Positions 40,910 to 51,624 of a DNA stretch of 64,000 bases are shown here, in pieces. The position numbers were made by a program, and so were the translations under genes. The notes under the pieces were generated by a model. It was not told where the DNA came from, did not search any database, and saw only the letters and a program-made list of their open reading frames with translations. The first letter of the stretch is position 1. The number at the start of each line of letters is the position of its first letter. This stretch comes from Sphingomonadales bacterium (lineage in GTDB: Bacteria; Pseudomonadota; Alphaproteobacteria; Sphingomonadales; Sphingomonadaceae). The stretch lies in contig JADJGU010000006.1 of the NCBI GenBank assembly GCA_016707885.1, forward strand, positions 43,417 through 107,416, read 5' to 3'.

Positions 40910-41950
40910 TCAACGCCCGATCAATTCGCGCGCCATCCGGTCGGCAACCTCTGCGGGCGTGTCACCCTCGGCTTCCGCGCGGTCCCAGATGGCATTCAAG
41001 CGGGCTGGAATCTCGTCAATGCGGGCATTTACGGCTGCATCATCGGCATTTTCGATTACACGCATGACATTTATGATGCCGCCTGCATTGATCACATAGT
41101 CGGGTGCGTACAATATGCCCCTATCCGACAATATGCGGCCTTCCGGTCCAGTCGCCAGCTGGTTGTTAGCCCCGCCCGCTACAGCTTTGACCTTGAGTTC
41201 ATTGGCGGTCTGAGTCGTGACAATAGCCCCCAATGCGCATGGGCTGAAAATGTCAGCATCTACCGACAAGATAGCGCTGCTATCGACCGCCAGTCCGCCC
41301 AGTTCGGCGGCAAGGGACTGCGCCTTAGCTAAGTCAACATCGGCAAGGGTGAGATGCGCACCTTCTGCAGCAAGATAACGGGCCAGCCCGCCACCGACAC
41401 TGCCAACACCCTGAATGGCAACATGGACGCCTTTGACCGTGTCGACGCCTAAGGCTCGTCGGGCGGCGGCCTTCACGCCTAGGAATACGCCGCGCGCTGT
41501 ATAGGGCCCGGGATCGCCACCCTGACCCGGCAAACCCGCGACATGCTGGGTCGTTTTCGAAAGTGCTACCATGTCAGCCTCGCTGATGCCGACATCCTGT
41601 GCGGTGATGTAGCGACCGCCGAGCGAATCGACAGCGCGCGCGAAAGTATCGAGCAACGCGCTGGTCTTCGTCTTTTGGGCATCTGCCAGGATGACCGCCT
41701 TGCCACCACCTGCATTCAGGCCTGCCATGGCGTTCTTATAACTCATCCCGCGCGACAGTCGCAGCGCATCGGTTATCGCAGACTGCTGATCCGCATAGTG
41801 CCAAAAACGCGTGCCACCAGCAGCCGGCCCAAGATGGGTTGAGTGCAACGAAATGACGGCGCGCAAACCTGTCTTTGGGTCGTCAAACATATGCACCGAT
41901 TCGTGGGCATCGAAGTCAGGCAGGTCCCAAAGCGCAGGCATGGCGTACAT
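40910..41950 (-). CDS. Leu/Phe/Val dehydrogenase family (leucine dehydrogenase-like)
   Basis: GPAAGGTRFWHY, the KNAMAGLNAGGGKAV catalytic-Lys region, and the Rossmann motif VAIQGVGSVGGGLA. Confidence 0.85.
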   Translation of the reverse strand: MYAMPALWDLPDFDAHESVHMFDDPKTGLRAVISLHSTHLGPAAGGTRFWHYADQQSAITDALRLSRGMSYKNAMAGLNAGGGKAVILADAQKTKTSALLDTFARAVDSLGGRYITAQDVGISEADMVALSKTTQHVAGLPGQGGDPGPYTARGVFLGVKAAARRALGVDTVKGVHVAIQGVGSVGGGLARYLAAEGAHLTLADVDLAKAQSLAAELGGLAVDSSAILSVDADIFSPCALGAIVTTQTANELKVKAVAGGANNQLATGPEGRILSDRGILYAPDYVINAGGIINVMRVIENADDAAVNARIDEIPARLNAIWDRAEAEGDTPAEVADRMARELIGR

Positions 41951-41964
41951 TCCCCAGATAAGGA

Positions 41965-41999
41965 TAAAAATTTCTAAACCGCGTAATAATATTACGCGG
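41965..41999 (-). terminator. putative intrinsic terminator after tRNA-His
   Basis: Perfect palindrome CCGCGTAATA-a-TATTACGCGG, followed on the minus strand by TTTAGAAATTTTT. Confidence 0.5.
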
Positions 42000-42032
42000 C
42001 TTATTTGTCAGCCTAAAAATACGAGGGAGAAA

Positions 42033-42110
42033 TGGGGCGACCGAGGGGTCTCGAACCCCCGACCTCTGGTACCACAAACCAGCGCTCTAACCAACTGAGC
42101 TACGGTCGCC
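42033..42110 (-). tRNA. tRNA-His (GUG anticodon) with encoded G-1 and CCA
   Basis: Hand-folded cloverleaf: G(-1)+GCGACCG acceptor, GCTC/GAGC D-stem, CTGGT-TTGTGGT-ACCAG anticodon arm, GGGGG-TTCGAGA-CCCCT T-arm, CGGTCGC-C-CCA 3' end. Confidence 0.9.
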
Positions 42111-42141
42111 ATATGCGCCTGCGATAGGCTGGCGCGTCCTT

Positions 42142-42173
42142 AAAAGCAAAGAATGCCGGGCGTCAACCCGGCA
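42142..42173 (-). terminator. putative intrinsic terminator after rpmE
   Basis: The minus strand reads TGCCGGG-ttgacg-CCCGGCA followed by TTCTTTGCTTTT. Confidence 0.55.
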
Positions 42174-42202
42174 CCTTTGAAACCTCGAAAAAGCCGTATG
42201 GC

Positions 42203-42430
42203 TTATTTCTTCAGCGTCAGGCCGCCGAAACGCTTGTTGAACTGGGCTACGCGGCCACCTGAATCAAGCATGGTGCCACGGCCACCGGTCCATGCCGGGT
42301 GCGATGTCGGATCGATATCGAGTTGCAGCGTGTCGCCTTCCTTGCCCCAGGTGGAGCGGGTTTCAAACACGGTGCCATCGGTCATCTGCACCTTGATCAT
42401 GTGGTAGTCGGGATGAATATCTTTTTTCAC
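42203..42430 (-). CDS. rpmE: 50S ribosomal protein L31
   Basis: [14 protein letters not shown]...STWG...[14 protein letters not shown]...[12 protein letters not shown] start preceded by AAGGAG. Confidence 0.95.
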   Translation of the reverse strand: MKKDIHPDYHMIKVQMTDGTVFETRSTWGKEGDTLQLDIDPTSHPAWTGGRGTMLDSGGRVAQFNKRFGGLTLKK

Positions 42431-42536
42431 GTTTCTGCTCCTTTGCGACCCCGGTTACCGACCGGCATCAGGATTTGGGAAGCGCCGCCCTTAGCGACGC
42501 ATCTGGTTAAATGCAAGCTTTGTTGGTTGCGCCACC

Positions 42537-42992
42537 TTATGCAGGCGGATCGGCAATCATCGCCATGAATTCGGCTTCAGCCGCCACCTGATCGCCAATC
42601 AACGCCTGACCGGCGAATTTGCAAACGCGCGGGCGCTTTTGCGTGAATTGGACAATCAAGTGCAGCAAACAACCCGGCTCAACCGGTGCGCGGAATTTCG
42701 CATTGTCGATCGCCATGAAATAGACGAGCTTGCCCGACCCTGCGAGGCCGAAGCTCTCCATCGCCAACACACCGGCAGCTTGCGCCAGTGCTTCGACAAT
42801 CATCACGCCTGGCATGATGGGACGTCCCGGAAAATGACCCTGGAAAAAGCCTTCGTTGATCGTGACGGCTTTGACCGCCACGATACGTTCATCCTTCACC
42901 AGTTCCTCAACCCGATCGACCAAAAGCATGGGATAGCGATGCGGAAGCACCGCCATCACACGCCGGACATCGTAATTGGCGAAGTCGTCCAT
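42537..42992 (-). CDS. fabZ: 3-hydroxyacyl-ACP dehydratase
   Basis: [13 protein letters not shown]...[20 protein letters not shown] hot-dog fold signature. Confidence 0.95.
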   Translation of the reverse strand: MDDFANYDVRRVMAVLPHRYPMLLVDRVEELVKDERIVAVKAVTINEGFFQGHFPGRPIMPGVMIVEALAQAAGVLAMESFGLAGSGKLVYFMAIDNAKFRAPVEPGCLLHLIVQFTQKRPRVCKFAGQALIGDQVAAEAEFMAMIADPPA

Positions 42993-42997
42993 CGAAA

Positions 42998-43723
42998 TTA
43001 ACGGCTTTCGGGCTGCGGCTGTTGCGGAGCAGGTGCTGCCGGGTTAGCAGCAGGCTGCGTTGCCTGTTGTGCCTGCGCATTGCGGATTGCCTGCACGCGG
43101 GCAGCAGTCAGCAAGCGCTGCTGGATTTGTTCGTAAAGTCCACCAGTCGACTGCTTCGGCTGCCAGTTTGCCGGTGGCGTGATACCGACTGACGGAACCG
43201 CCAGGTCGAGTGCTGCGGTCACTGCTTTGGTCACGTCGACGGCTTCCGGTGCCCAAATGAAGGCATCCGGCGCCAAAATCATGTTGATTTTCTTTTGGGT
43301 GATGACCTGCTGCTGTGCAGCGGCGTAACGATCAGCAATGCTTTCGACAGCGAAAGCCTGGGCGGTTACAATCGGCTGCTGCAATTGGGCGATTTCGCGT
43401 TCCTTGGCTTCGAGCTGGGTCAGCAACGGGTTTTTTGCCTTGATTGCCGCATCCAGTTCTTCCTGGGTCAGGTTTTTGTCTTTGTTGGTATCCAGCTGCG
43501 CATTGATATCGTTGATTTCCTTACGCTTGGTCTGGATCATCTGCGAGTTGCTGGTGAATGTTGTGCCGATCTGCTGATAAGCCTGCGCGAACGCCTTGGT
43601 CTGCATGATCGCATCTGTCGTGTCGAGCGTCGCAATGCCTGCCACCTGTGCATTCGCCGGGAGGGCCGTCAAAGCGGCGCCTGCGAGCAGCGCGGCCGAG
43701 AGAGTCTTGATTGCAAATTTCAT
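42998..43723 (-). CDS. skp: OmpH/Skp-family periplasmic chaperone with a Q/A/P-rich tail
   Basis: Signal peptide [25 protein letters not shown] and a coiled-coil body. Its position immediately after bamA fits Skp, and the start overlaps the bamA stop (TGATG). Confidence 0.8.
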   Translation of the reverse strand: MKFAIKTLSAALLAGAALTALPANAQVAGIATLDTTDAIMQTKAFAQAYQQIGTTFTSNSQMIQTKRKEINDINAQLDTNKDKNLTQEELDAAIKAKNPLLTQLEAKEREIAQLQQPIVTAQAFAVESIADRYAAAQQQVITQKKINMILAPDAFIWAPEAVDVTKAVTAALDLAVPSVGITPPANWQPKQSTGGLYEQIQQRLLTAARVQAIRNAQAQQATQPAANPAAPAPQQPQPESR

Positions 43724-46377
43724 CAGAATTGGGTTCCTACGTTGAATGTAAAGAGCTTGGTATCGTCGCCCGGTTCCTTGAGCAGCGCGCGCGCTACGTC
43801 GATGCGAAAGGGCCCGAAAGGAGAGTTCCAGTTCACGCCGATGCCCACAGAAACGCGCGGTTTCCAACTATCGCCAAAAAAGCGTTCTTCAAAGCGAAGC
43901 ACAGGTACGCGGGCTGAACCATCCGGGTTCGTCGCGACCGTGGTTGTTTCCAGCACCGGGGTCGTTCCACTGGTGTTCACAGTGTAGAACAGCGGAAGAC
44001 TGGGCGACGTTGTTGTCGCAGTCGACCGTTCCTGAATCGTTTGCAGAAGCGGTGTCACAACGTTGAAAACGGCACCAGCATCAACGAAGATCGACGGACG
44101 CAGTCCAAGTTCCTTGGCACCGCTGCCCAGCGGAATTTCCAGTTCGGCGCGACCCAGATAATAAGCGCGACCGCCAATGGCGTCGTCCTGAATCTGCTTG
44201 CGATCCAGGCGCGGGACGTTGACTGCAACGCCATTCTGGATTTCGCCATCAAAGAAAATGCGCTGCACACGCGGACCGACGCCGCGAATATCGAAACCGC
44301 GGATTTGCGGCTCACCAAGATAGAAACGGTCGGTCAAACGCACATCGTCGATGCCAGCGGCCGACGAACCCCGATTTTCGAGTGGATGGATATAGCCACC
44401 TTCAGCCGACAGTGAGAAGACAAATCCGCTGTCGGTCAAACGCCAATATTTGTTCGCGTTCAGGCGGCTGCGGATATATTTTACGTCGCCACCCAGACCG
44501 GCAAAATCCTGGCTCAGGCTGACGCTATGGCCACGCGTCGGGCGCAGACGACTGTCGCGCGTATCGTACATCACCGTATAACCCAGCGTCGACGTCAAAC
44601 GCTTCCCAATTGCATCGCAAAGGAAACGCCCTGCGAGAACAGGATCGCAAGTGGAAGGCAGCGGTCCAGTTCCGTCCGGATCGGTGAAGAACAACCCCCG
44701 GTCGAGCGAAATATCGTCATAGCTGAGGCCATAACGCGCCTGGAAGTACAGGAATTCATTGACTGGAACGCCGGTACGAATCTGAAAACCGGTGGTCGCC
44801 TGTTCGTACGTCGTATTCCGGTCGTTGTTGAAGAAGTTGAAGCTCGACAAGTCGCGACGGAAAATGTCACCCGACAACGCGATCGAGCGATCGAACAAAT
44901 AGGGTTCGGTAAAGCCGATTTCAGCCGATTTCGAATAGCTCGAATAAGAGATATTCGTCCGCAGTTCCTGGCCCTTGCCACGGAAGTTGCGCTGGGTAAT
45001 CGAACCTTGGAAGATAAAATTCTCGATCGACGAGAAGCCGGCGGACAAGGACAGTTCGCCCGTCGCCTTTTCTTCGACATTGGTGGTCAGAACAATGCGA
45101 TCATCGCTGCTGCCCTTTTCCTGTTCAACCTCAAGGTCTTCCTGGAAATAGCCCAGTGACTTGATACGGTCTGCTGTCCGCTTCACCTGAATGCTGTTAA
45201 AGGCGTCACCTTCATTCAGGCGGAATTCGCGACGAATGACCTTGTCCTGGGTGATCGTGTTGCCGTTGATGTCGATCCGTTCGACAAAAACGCGTTCCGC
45301 CTCTGCAATGTCGAAGGTGATGTTCATCGTCAGCGTATCTTTGTCGCGATTAAACTGCGGGCTGACGTCGGCAAAGGCATAACCAAACAGGCCTGCGCTT
45401 TCGCTCAAGCCCTCAACGGTATCTTCAACCATCTTGGCGTTGTACCAGTCACCAGCCTTCATTCGCAGGCTGGATGTCAACGCCTCGGATTTGAAATCGC
45501 GGATCTTGCTGTCGACTTTTACTTCGCCAAATTTGTACCGCTCGCCTTCTTCAACGACATAAGTGATGATGAAGTCTTTCTTGTCCGGCGTCAGTTCGGC
45601 AACCGCCGAAACAACGCGGAAATCGGCATAGCCTTCGGTCAGGTAAAATTGACGCAGCTTCTGCTGGTCGAAAGCCAGACGGTCAGGGTCATAGCTGGTG
45701 CCCGAGCTAAAGATGCTGGTCAGACGGGCTTGCTTGGTGACCATTTCACCACGCAACTGGCCATCAGAGAATTTGTCATTGCCGATGATGTTGATCTGGC
45801 GGACCTTCGATTTCGGTCCCTCTGTGATTTCGAAAACAATATCGACACGGTTTTGGTCAAGCTGCACCAGCTTGGGTTCGACCTGCGCGGCGAAACGGCC
45901 CTGCCGCTTATAAAGCTCAACAATACGCGCAACGTCTGCGCGCACTTTGGAACGCGAATATATCTGGCGGGGCGCAAGTTTGATTTCTGGTTCAATCTTG
46001 TCATTCTTGATGCGCTTGTTGCCTTCAAGAATGATGCGGTTGATGACCGGGTTTTCCCGCACCTCGATGGTCACGTCACCCGCAACATTTCGGATACTGA
46101 CATCTGCGAACAACTCGGTTGCATACAGATCTTTAAGTGCCTGGTCGGCACCGGCCTGTGTCCATGCTTGTCCAGCACGCAGCCGGATATAGGAACGAAC
46201 CGTATCGGCCTCGAGACGCTGTGTCCCGACAACACTAATAGACCGGATTGGCGCATCTGCCACAGCAGGTGCCGGCGCATCCGTTGCCTGTGCCATCACG
46301 GGCGCGGAAGACAGCGCAACGGATACAGCAAATGCCGATGCGCCCAGCAGGGTCCTGCTTACCGAAGTTTTGAACAT
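43723..46377 (-). CDS. bamA: outer membrane protein assembly factor BamA
   Basis: Signal peptide, POTRA repeats (I..I.V.G..R), and a C-terminal beta-barrel ending FTFNVGTQF. Confidence 0.95.
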   Translation of the reverse strand: MFKTSVSRTLLGASAFAVSVALSSAPVMAQATDAPAPAVADAPIRSISVVGTQRLEADTVRSYIRLRAGQAWTQAGADQALKDLYATELFADVSIRNVAGDVTIEVRENPVINRIILEGNKRIKNDKIEPEIKLAPRQIYSRSKVRADVARIVELYKRQGRFAAQVEPKLVQLDQNRVDIVFEITEGPKSKVRQINIIGNDKFSDGQLRGEMVTKQARLTSIFSSGTSYDPDRLAFDQQKLRQFYLTEGYADFRVVSAVAELTPDKKDFIITYVVEEGERYKFGEVKVDSKIRDFKSEALTSSLRMKAGDWYNAKMVEDTVEGLSESAGLFGYAFADVSPQFNRDKDTLTMNITFDIAEAERVFVERIDINGNTITQDKVIRREFRLNEGDAFNSIQVKRTADRIKSLGYFQEDLEVEQEKGSSDDRIVLTTNVEEKATGELSLSAGFSSIENFIFQGSITQRNFRGKGQELRTNISYSSYSKSAEIGFTEPYLFDRSIALSGDIFRRDLSSFNFFNNDRNTTYEQATTGFQIRTGVPVNEFLYFQARYGLSYDDISLDRGLFFTDPDGTGPLPSTCDPVLAGRFLCDAIGKRLTSTLGYTVMYDTRDSRLRPTRGHSVSLSQDFAGLGGDVKYIRSRLNANKYWRLTDSGFVFSLSAEGGYIHPLENRGSSAAGIDDVRLTDRFYLGEPQIRGFDIRGVGPRVQRIFFDGEIQNGVAVNVPRLDRKQIQDDAIGGRAYYLGRAELEIPLGSGAKELGLRPSIFVDAGAVFNVVTPLLQTIQERSTATTTSPSLPLFYTVNTSGTTPVLETTTVATNPDGSARVPVLRFEERFFGDSWKPRVSVGIGVNWNSPFGPFRIDVARALLKEPGDDTKLFTFNVGTQF

Positions 46378-46475
46378 ATGTATTCGACCTTCCCTCTGGC
46401 CCCGCTGTCGATAGGTTTGCGCCCCTTGCCCCAAGCGCAGGCTGCTTTCAAGCTTAGTTCGATTCTATCCACGCC

Positions 46476-47594
46476 TCATTTGCCGAATAGACCGAAGGAT
46501 GCCAGGTCATTGAATGTGACCATGAGCATGAAACTGGCAAGTACGGCAAAGCCCGCACGGAATGCCCATTCCTGGACCGCTGGCGTTGCCGGACGGCGGC
46601 GGATCGCCTCAATTGCATAAAGGAGCAGGTGACCACCATCGAGCATGGGAATTGGCAGGAGATTGATGAACCCCAAGTTAATCGAGATCAGCGCCGCCAG
46701 CGACACAAAGGCCAGCCAGCCCACCGTCATCGCTTCGCCCGAAACCTTGGCAATTTTCAACGGACCGCCAAGCTCGGAAATTGGCCGACGACCCGTGATA
46801 ATCTGGCCCAATCCCTTAATCTGCTGCCGCAGCACGGCCGCTGTTTGGGCAACAGCCGCCGATGGCGCTTCAAGCAAACCGACTTCCTGAAGCGCGGGAC
46901 GCGGCGAACCGACGCCCAATTGCCCCAGCTTATATTCGTTACCGAAACGGTCGATTTCTTTGCGCTCGGCCAAACGGACCGGGATGGTGATCTGCTTACC
47001 GTCGCGTTCGACAAGTATTTCCGCTGGTTCATTAGGCACCATGATGACTTCGTTCACCAATTCGTCGAACGTATCGATCCGATGCCCGTTAAAGGACAGG
47101 ATGCGGTCACCCAATTGGATGCCGGATTTTTCTGCAGGGCTTCCCGCTACAATACTCTCTACCTTGGCGGGGGTGACGCTTTGCCCAAAGGACATCAGGA
47201 AACCCATGAAGATTGCGATAGCCAGCAGGAAATTGACTGCAGGCCCTGCAAAAACAATCAGCGCCCGCTGCCACAATGCCTTGGACTGGAAGGTCTGGTT
47301 CCGCTCATTTTCAGGCAATGCCTCCCAAGCAGCGTCGGGCTGGCTGGCAGGATTCATATCGCCCGCAAATTGCACATAGCCGCCTAGCGGCAGCGCACCT
47401 ATCCGCCACAATGTCCCGCGCTTGTCGACCCGGCCCCAGATTTGCGGGCCAAAGCCAATCGAAAATTTATCCGCTTTCACGCCGAACCAGCGCCCAACCC
47501 AATAATGACCAAGCTCATGGACGACCACCAACGTTCCGAGCAATGTCAGGAAAGCGACAATGGTGATCAGAATGTGAGGAGATTCAAGCTGCAT
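46476..47594 (-). CDS. rseP: RIP zinc metalloprotease RseP
   Basis: HELGHYWVGRWFGV (HExxH), a PDZ domain, and the C-terminal NLLPIPMLDGGH motif. Confidence 0.9.
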   Translation of the reverse strand: MQLESPHILITIVAFLTLLGTLVVVHELGHYWVGRWFGVKADKFSIGFGPQIWGRVDKRGTLWRIGALPLGGYVQFAGDMNPASQPDAAWEALPENERNQTFQSKALWQRALIVFAGPAVNFLLAIAIFMGFLMSFGQSVTPAKVESIVAGSPAEKSGIQLGDRILSFNGHRIDTFDELVNEVIMVPNEPAEILVERDGKQITIPVRLAERKEIDRFGNEYKLGQLGVGSPRPALQEVGLLEAPSAAVAQTAAVLRQQIKGLGQIITGRRPISELGGPLKIAKVSGEAMTVGWLAFVSLAALISINLGFINLLPIPMLDGGHLLLYAIEAIRRRPATPAVQEWAFRAGFAVLASFMLMVTFNDLASFGLFGK

Positions 47595-48756
47595 GGGGCA
47601 ATTTATCCATTTGACCGCTGGCATAGGCGCGGGCTGCTGCATCTATGCTGAACAGATCGGTCAGGCTGTGGGGTGCATTGGGGCGATAACCGGTTAAGGT
47701 TTCCTCTACGACACTGACTATGTCGAGGAATGCTATACGGCCGGCAAGGAACGCGGCTACAGCTACTTCATTGGCGGCATTGAGGATAGCGGGTGTTGCT
47801 CCGCCCTGCTCTGCCGCAGCCCTCGCAAGGCGAAGTGCTGGAAAGCGGATCAAATCCGGCGCTTCGAATTCCAGTTTTGAAATCCGCGCCAGATCGAGCG
47901 GAGCGCTGTTCGTCTCCAGCCTTTCAGGCCAGGCCAAGGCGCTGGCAATCGGAATGCGCATATCGGGAGAACCCAATTGCGCCAACGTCGACCGATCTAC
48001 ATATTCGACCATCGAATGGATTACCGATTGCGGGTGGACCACAATGTCCAGTTTGTCGAGGCCAACCGGGAACAGGTGATGCGCCTCTATCAGTTCGAGA
48101 CCCTTGTTCATCATCGTCGCGCTGTCGACACTGATTTTCGCGCCCATATCCCAATTGGGATGTGCAACTGCCTGGGCTGGCGTGACGGCGCGCATCTGAT
48201 CGAGGCTGAAGGTGCGGAATGGGCCGCCACTGGCGGTCAATGTGATTTTGCGCACCTGATTGATGCGTCCGCCTGCAAGGCACTGGAAAATGGCATTATG
48301 CTCGCTGTCGACCGGTAGCAAAGTAGCCCCCGACCGCGCCACCGCCGCCATCATCAGTTCACCCGCAGAAACCAGCGCTTCCTTGTTGGCGAGCGCCACG
48401 GTCTTGCCAGCTTCGATGGCCGCCATGGTCGGCGGCAGACCAGCGCAACCGACTATTGCGGCCATCGTCCAGTCTGCACCCATTTGGGCCGCCTCGATCA
48501 GAGCGTCAGCCCCTGCAGCAGCTTTGATACCCGTTCCAGCAAGCGCTTCCTCAAGCGCCGGAAAGGCGGTGTCCTCAGCGACAACAGCAATCTCAGCCTC
48601 AAATTCGCGCGCAAGTTTCGCCAGCTCGGTAGCATTGCCATTGGCGGTTAAAGCAGCGACGCGATATTTATCCCGATGCTGGCGCACGAGATCGAGCGTC
48701 GACAGCCCAACCGACCCGGTTGCGCCAAAGATGGAAAGAGTTCGCCGATCGTTCAC
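47584..48756 (-). CDS. dxr: 1-deoxy-D-xylulose 5-phosphate reductoisomerase
   Basis: LSIFGATGSVGLSTLDL, LANKEALV, and VDSEHNAIFQCL. GTG start. Confidence 0.95.
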   Translation of the reverse strand: MNDRRTLSIFGATGSVGLSTLDLVRQHRDKYRVAALTANGNATELAKLAREFEAEIAVVAEDTAFPALEEALAGTGIKAAAGADALIEAAQMGADWTMAAIVGCAGLPPTMAAIEAGKTVALANKEALVSAGELMMAAVARSGATLLPVDSEHNAIFQCLAGGRINQVRKITLTASGGPFRTFSLDQMRAVTPAQAVAHPNWDMGAKISVDSATMMNKGLELIEAHHLFPVGLDKLDIVVHPQSVIHSMVEYVDRSTLAQLGSPDMRIPIASALAWPERLETNSAPLDLARISKLEFEAPDLIRFPALRLARAAAEQGGATPAILNAANEVAVAAFLAGRIAFLDIVSVVEETLTGYRPNAPHSLTDLFSIDAAARAYASGQMDKLPHAA

Positions 48757-49493
48757 GATGCCAGCTTACCCAACATGATCGCGCCGCCTAGGAAGAAAAG
48801 GACAGCCAAATGGCCGTCCACACGATCAAGCAAGCCGCCATGCCCCGGAATCGCATTACCAGAATCCTTGACACCCGCTCTGCGCTTCATCCAGCTTTCA
48901 AAAAAATCACCGGTTTGTGCGACCACTGCAACGATAGCACCGATGCTTAGGCTGCCCAGCCAATCGACCTGCCAGTCGCCGCCAAACAACCGCTCCCGCT
49001 CGGCAATGTGGATATAGTCGAGCAACGCCATCATGCAGCCCGCGGCCAAAGTACCGCCAATCAAGCCAGACCATGTTTTGGAGGGACTGATGCTGGGAGC
49101 AATCTTCGGCCCACCAAATGAACGCCCCGCAAAATAGGCACCGATATCAGTGGCAATCACGCCAAATATGACGATAGCTGCCGTAGTTTCAAGAAAGCCA
49201 AATCCGGGCGCTGAACCATAGGCATATTCTTCCGCGAGCATCGGCAATAAATAAGTGGCGTTGCCGATATAGGCGAAGCCAGCAATCATCCAAATCGCGC
49301 GACCTACCCTGCTGGAAGCCAGCTTTGTGACGAGACCCCACCATTCAACCATCAGCCAAAAAGCTGCGATGATCATGAAGAGGCGTAATATCAGTCCGCC
49401 TTGCCAGAAAACAAATGCAGCAACGGCGAGCATCGCCATCGCCGACATAGTGCGCACCCCAAGGTCCGACTTCTTCGTCACAACCTCACTCAT
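48753..49493 (-). CDS. cdsA: phosphatidate cytidylyltransferase
   Basis: Polytopic protein with the SWMKRRAGVKDSGNAIPGHGGLLDRVD CDS signature. Confidence 0.9.
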   Translation of the reverse strand: MSEVVTKKSDLGVRTMSAMAMLAVAAFVFWQGGLILRLFMIIAAFWLMVEWWGLVTKLASSRVGRAIWMIAGFAYIGNATYLLPMLAEEYAYGSAPGFGFLETTAAIVIFGVIATDIGAYFAGRSFGGPKIAPSISPSKTWSGLIGGTLAAGCMMALLDYIHIAERERLFGGDWQVDWLGSLSIGAIVAVVAQTGDFFESWMKRRAGVKDSGNAIPGHGGLLDRVDGHLAVLFFLGGAIMLGKLAS

Positions 49494-50233
49494 CGCCCGC
49501 CGTAACGCCTTTCGCGCGTGCCGAATTCGGAGAGGGCGTCATCAAACTCAGCCGGAGTAAAGTCGGGCCACAGCGTTTCAGTGAACCACAGCTCGGCATA
49601 GGCTGTCTGCCAGAGCATGAAATTTGACAAACGCTGCTCGCCGGATGTGCGGATTAGCAGGTCCAAAGGCGGCATGTCGGCGGTGTCGAGATGACGTTCA
49701 ATCGCCTCCGCCGTGATCGCTCCCTCGTCTGCCGCCGCCTGTGCCGCGCGCACCAGTTCGTCTTGCGAACCATAGTTCAGCGCAACCGCCAATGTCGTGC
49801 GTTTGTTGTGCGCGGTGCGGGCCAGTGCATCGTCGATCATTTCGACAATATCGGGGGCAAGAACTTTGTAATTGCCGATGATCTTCAGCCGCACATCATT
49901 TGCGGCAAATTCGTCGATGTCCGATTTGATAAAGCCGCGCAGCAGCCCCATCAGATCGTTGACTTCATCCTCCGGGCGCTTCCAATTCTCGCTTGAAAAG
50001 GCATAGAGCGACAAGGCTTCCAGCCCGGTGGTCGCGGCATGGCGCACGATTTCGCGAACAACCTCGACGCCCTTTTTATGACCCAATGCGCGCGGCAGGT
50101 GCCGCTTCTTCGCCCAGCGTCCATTGCCGTCCATGATGATGGCGACATGGCGCGCGCCATGGGAGCCGCTCCCGCCAATTTCGGGATCAGCCTGTTTTTG
50201 CGCCCTCGCTTTTGAGGATCGCAGGCCGATCAC
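49490..50233 (-). CDS. uppS: isoprenyl transferase (undecaprenyl-diphosphate synthase)
   Basis: [24 protein letters not shown], and [16 protein letters not shown]. Confidence 0.95.
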   Translation of the reverse strand: MIGLRSSKARAQKQADPEIGGSGSHGARHVAIIMDGNGRWAKKRHLPRALGHKKGVEVVREIVRHAATTGLEALSLYAFSSENWKRPEDEVNDLMGLLRGFIKSDIDEFAANDVRLKIIGNYKVLAPDIVEMIDDALARTAHNKRTTLAVALNYGSQDELVRAAQAAADEGAITAEAIERHLDTADMPPLDLLIRTSGEQRLSNFMLWQTAYAELWFTETLWPDFTPAEFDDALSEFGTRERRYGGR

Positions 50234-50787
50234 TGGCTCATGATTTCCTTTTCTTTGTGCGCCGCCGCTTCGTCGATTGCCTTGATGGTATCGTCGGTCA
50301 TCTTCTGCACTTCGGTTTCTAGGCGCTTGCGGTCGTCTTCGCTGATTTCCTTCTTGTTCTCGTCGGTCTTCAGCGCATCATTGGCATCGCGGCGAACGTT
50401 GCGGGCGGCAATTTTGGCCTTTTCGGCATATTGCCCAGCCAGCTTGGCCAGATCCTTGCGGCGCTCCTCCGTTAAATCAGGGATCGGAAGACGCAGTGTC
50501 TGGCCGTCCGTGATCGGATTGAGGCCTAACCCAGCTGAACGGATCGCCTTCTCCACCGGCGTTACATTCGAACGATCCCAGACCTGCACCGAAAGCATGC
50601 GCGGCTCGGGTGCGCTGACTGTCGCAACCTGATTGAGCGGCATGTGCGACCCGTAAACTTCAACCGTTACCGGATCGAGCAGCGTCACATTGGCACGTCC
50701 GGTGCGCAAGCCCGAGAGATCACCTTTGAGCGATTCCACAGCACCCTTCATGCGGCGCTCGACATCGGCCTTGTCATATTGCGGCAT
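50230..50787 (-). CDS. frr: ribosome recycling factor
   Basis: 185 aa with [21 protein letters not shown], and [12 protein letters not shown]. Confidence 0.95.
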   Translation of the reverse strand: MPQYDKADVERRMKGAVESLKGDLSGLRTGRANVTLLDPVTVEVYGSHMPLNQVATVSAPEPRMLSVQVWDRSNVTPVEKAIRSAGLGLNPITDGQTLRLPIPDLTEERRKDLAKLAGQYAEKAKIAARNVRRDANDALKTDENKKEISEDDRKRLETEVQKMTDDTIKAIDEAAAHKEKEIMSQ

Positions 50788-50790
50788 GGT

Positions 50791-51516
50791 TCAATCCTTT
50801 TCTTGAGTAACAACGGTGAAGGTTCCGCTTCCATCGAGCACCTTCAGGATATTGCCCTGTTCGCGGATCGAAAAGACCACGATCGGGATGGAGTTATCGC
50901 GGCATAGCGCAACGGCACTCGCGTCCATAACCTTCAGATTGTCTGAAAGGACGCGATCATAACTCAATGTTTCATAACGCTTTGCGGTTGGAACCTTTTT
51001 CGGGTCGGCGTCATAAACGCCGTCTACTGACGTGCCCTTAAGTAGCGCATCACATTTCATTTCGGCAGCACGCAAGGCAGCGCCGGAATCTGTGGTGAAA
51101 TAGGGTGCACCGACGCCCGCTGCGAAAATCACGATTCGACCTTTTTCAAGGTGCCGTTCGGCACGTCTGCGAATGACGGGCTCGCAAACCTTGTCCATCT
51201 CAATCGCCGATTGCACCCGGGTCTGCACGCCCAGCTGCTCAAGTGCATTCTGCATAGCCAACGCATTCATGACGGTTGCGAGCATGCCCATATAGTCGGC
51301 CTGAGCCCGGTCCATGCCTTTGGCCGCGCCTGCCATTCCGCGGAAGATATTGCCCCCACCGATAACGAGGCACAATTCCAAGCCGGTATCCTTGGCAGCC
51401 TTTACCTCTGCAGCAACGCGAGCGACAGTGTCCGGATCAATGCCGAAAGACTGATCGCCCATCAGAACTTCACCGGATAGTTTCAAAAGCACGCGGCGAT
51501 AGTGGCCACTGGCCAT
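50791..51516 (-). CDS. pyrH: UMP kinase
   Basis: [22 protein letters not shown], and [12 protein letters not shown]. Start placed at the ATG at 51516. Confidence 0.95.
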   Translation of the reverse strand: MASGHYRRVLLKLSGEVLMGDQSFGIDPDTVARVAAEVKAAKDTGLELCLVIGGGNIFRGMAGAAKGMDRAQADYMGMLATVMNALAMQNALEQLGVQTRVQSAIEMDKVCEPVIRRRAERHLEKGRIVIFAAGVGAPYFTTDSGAALRAAEMKCDALLKGTSVDGVYDADPKKVPTAKRYETLSYDRVLSDNLKVMDASAVALCRDNSIPIVVFSIREQGNILKVLDGSGTFTVVTQEKD

Positions 51517-51624
51517 AAAATCCTCTTTCCCCAATTGCAGATGCAATAATGGCGCCCTGCTATAAGAGCGGAGCGCCATATCGCCAAGGCCTTATCCCCT
51601 GCCCTACAGAGGATAGCCTGATTT

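Noticed and set aside
42033-42110. Whether this tRNA-His lacks the G-1 residue, as in Rhizobiales, Caulobacterales and Rhodobacterales
   Set aside because: Hand folding shows G-1 is encoded and pairs with C73, so this is the canonical form. That is expected for Sphingomonadales and is not an anomaly.
45649-46620. 323-aa ORF antisense to bamA and rseP
   Set aside because: A shadow ORF that spans an intergenic gap and two well-supported minus-strand genes.
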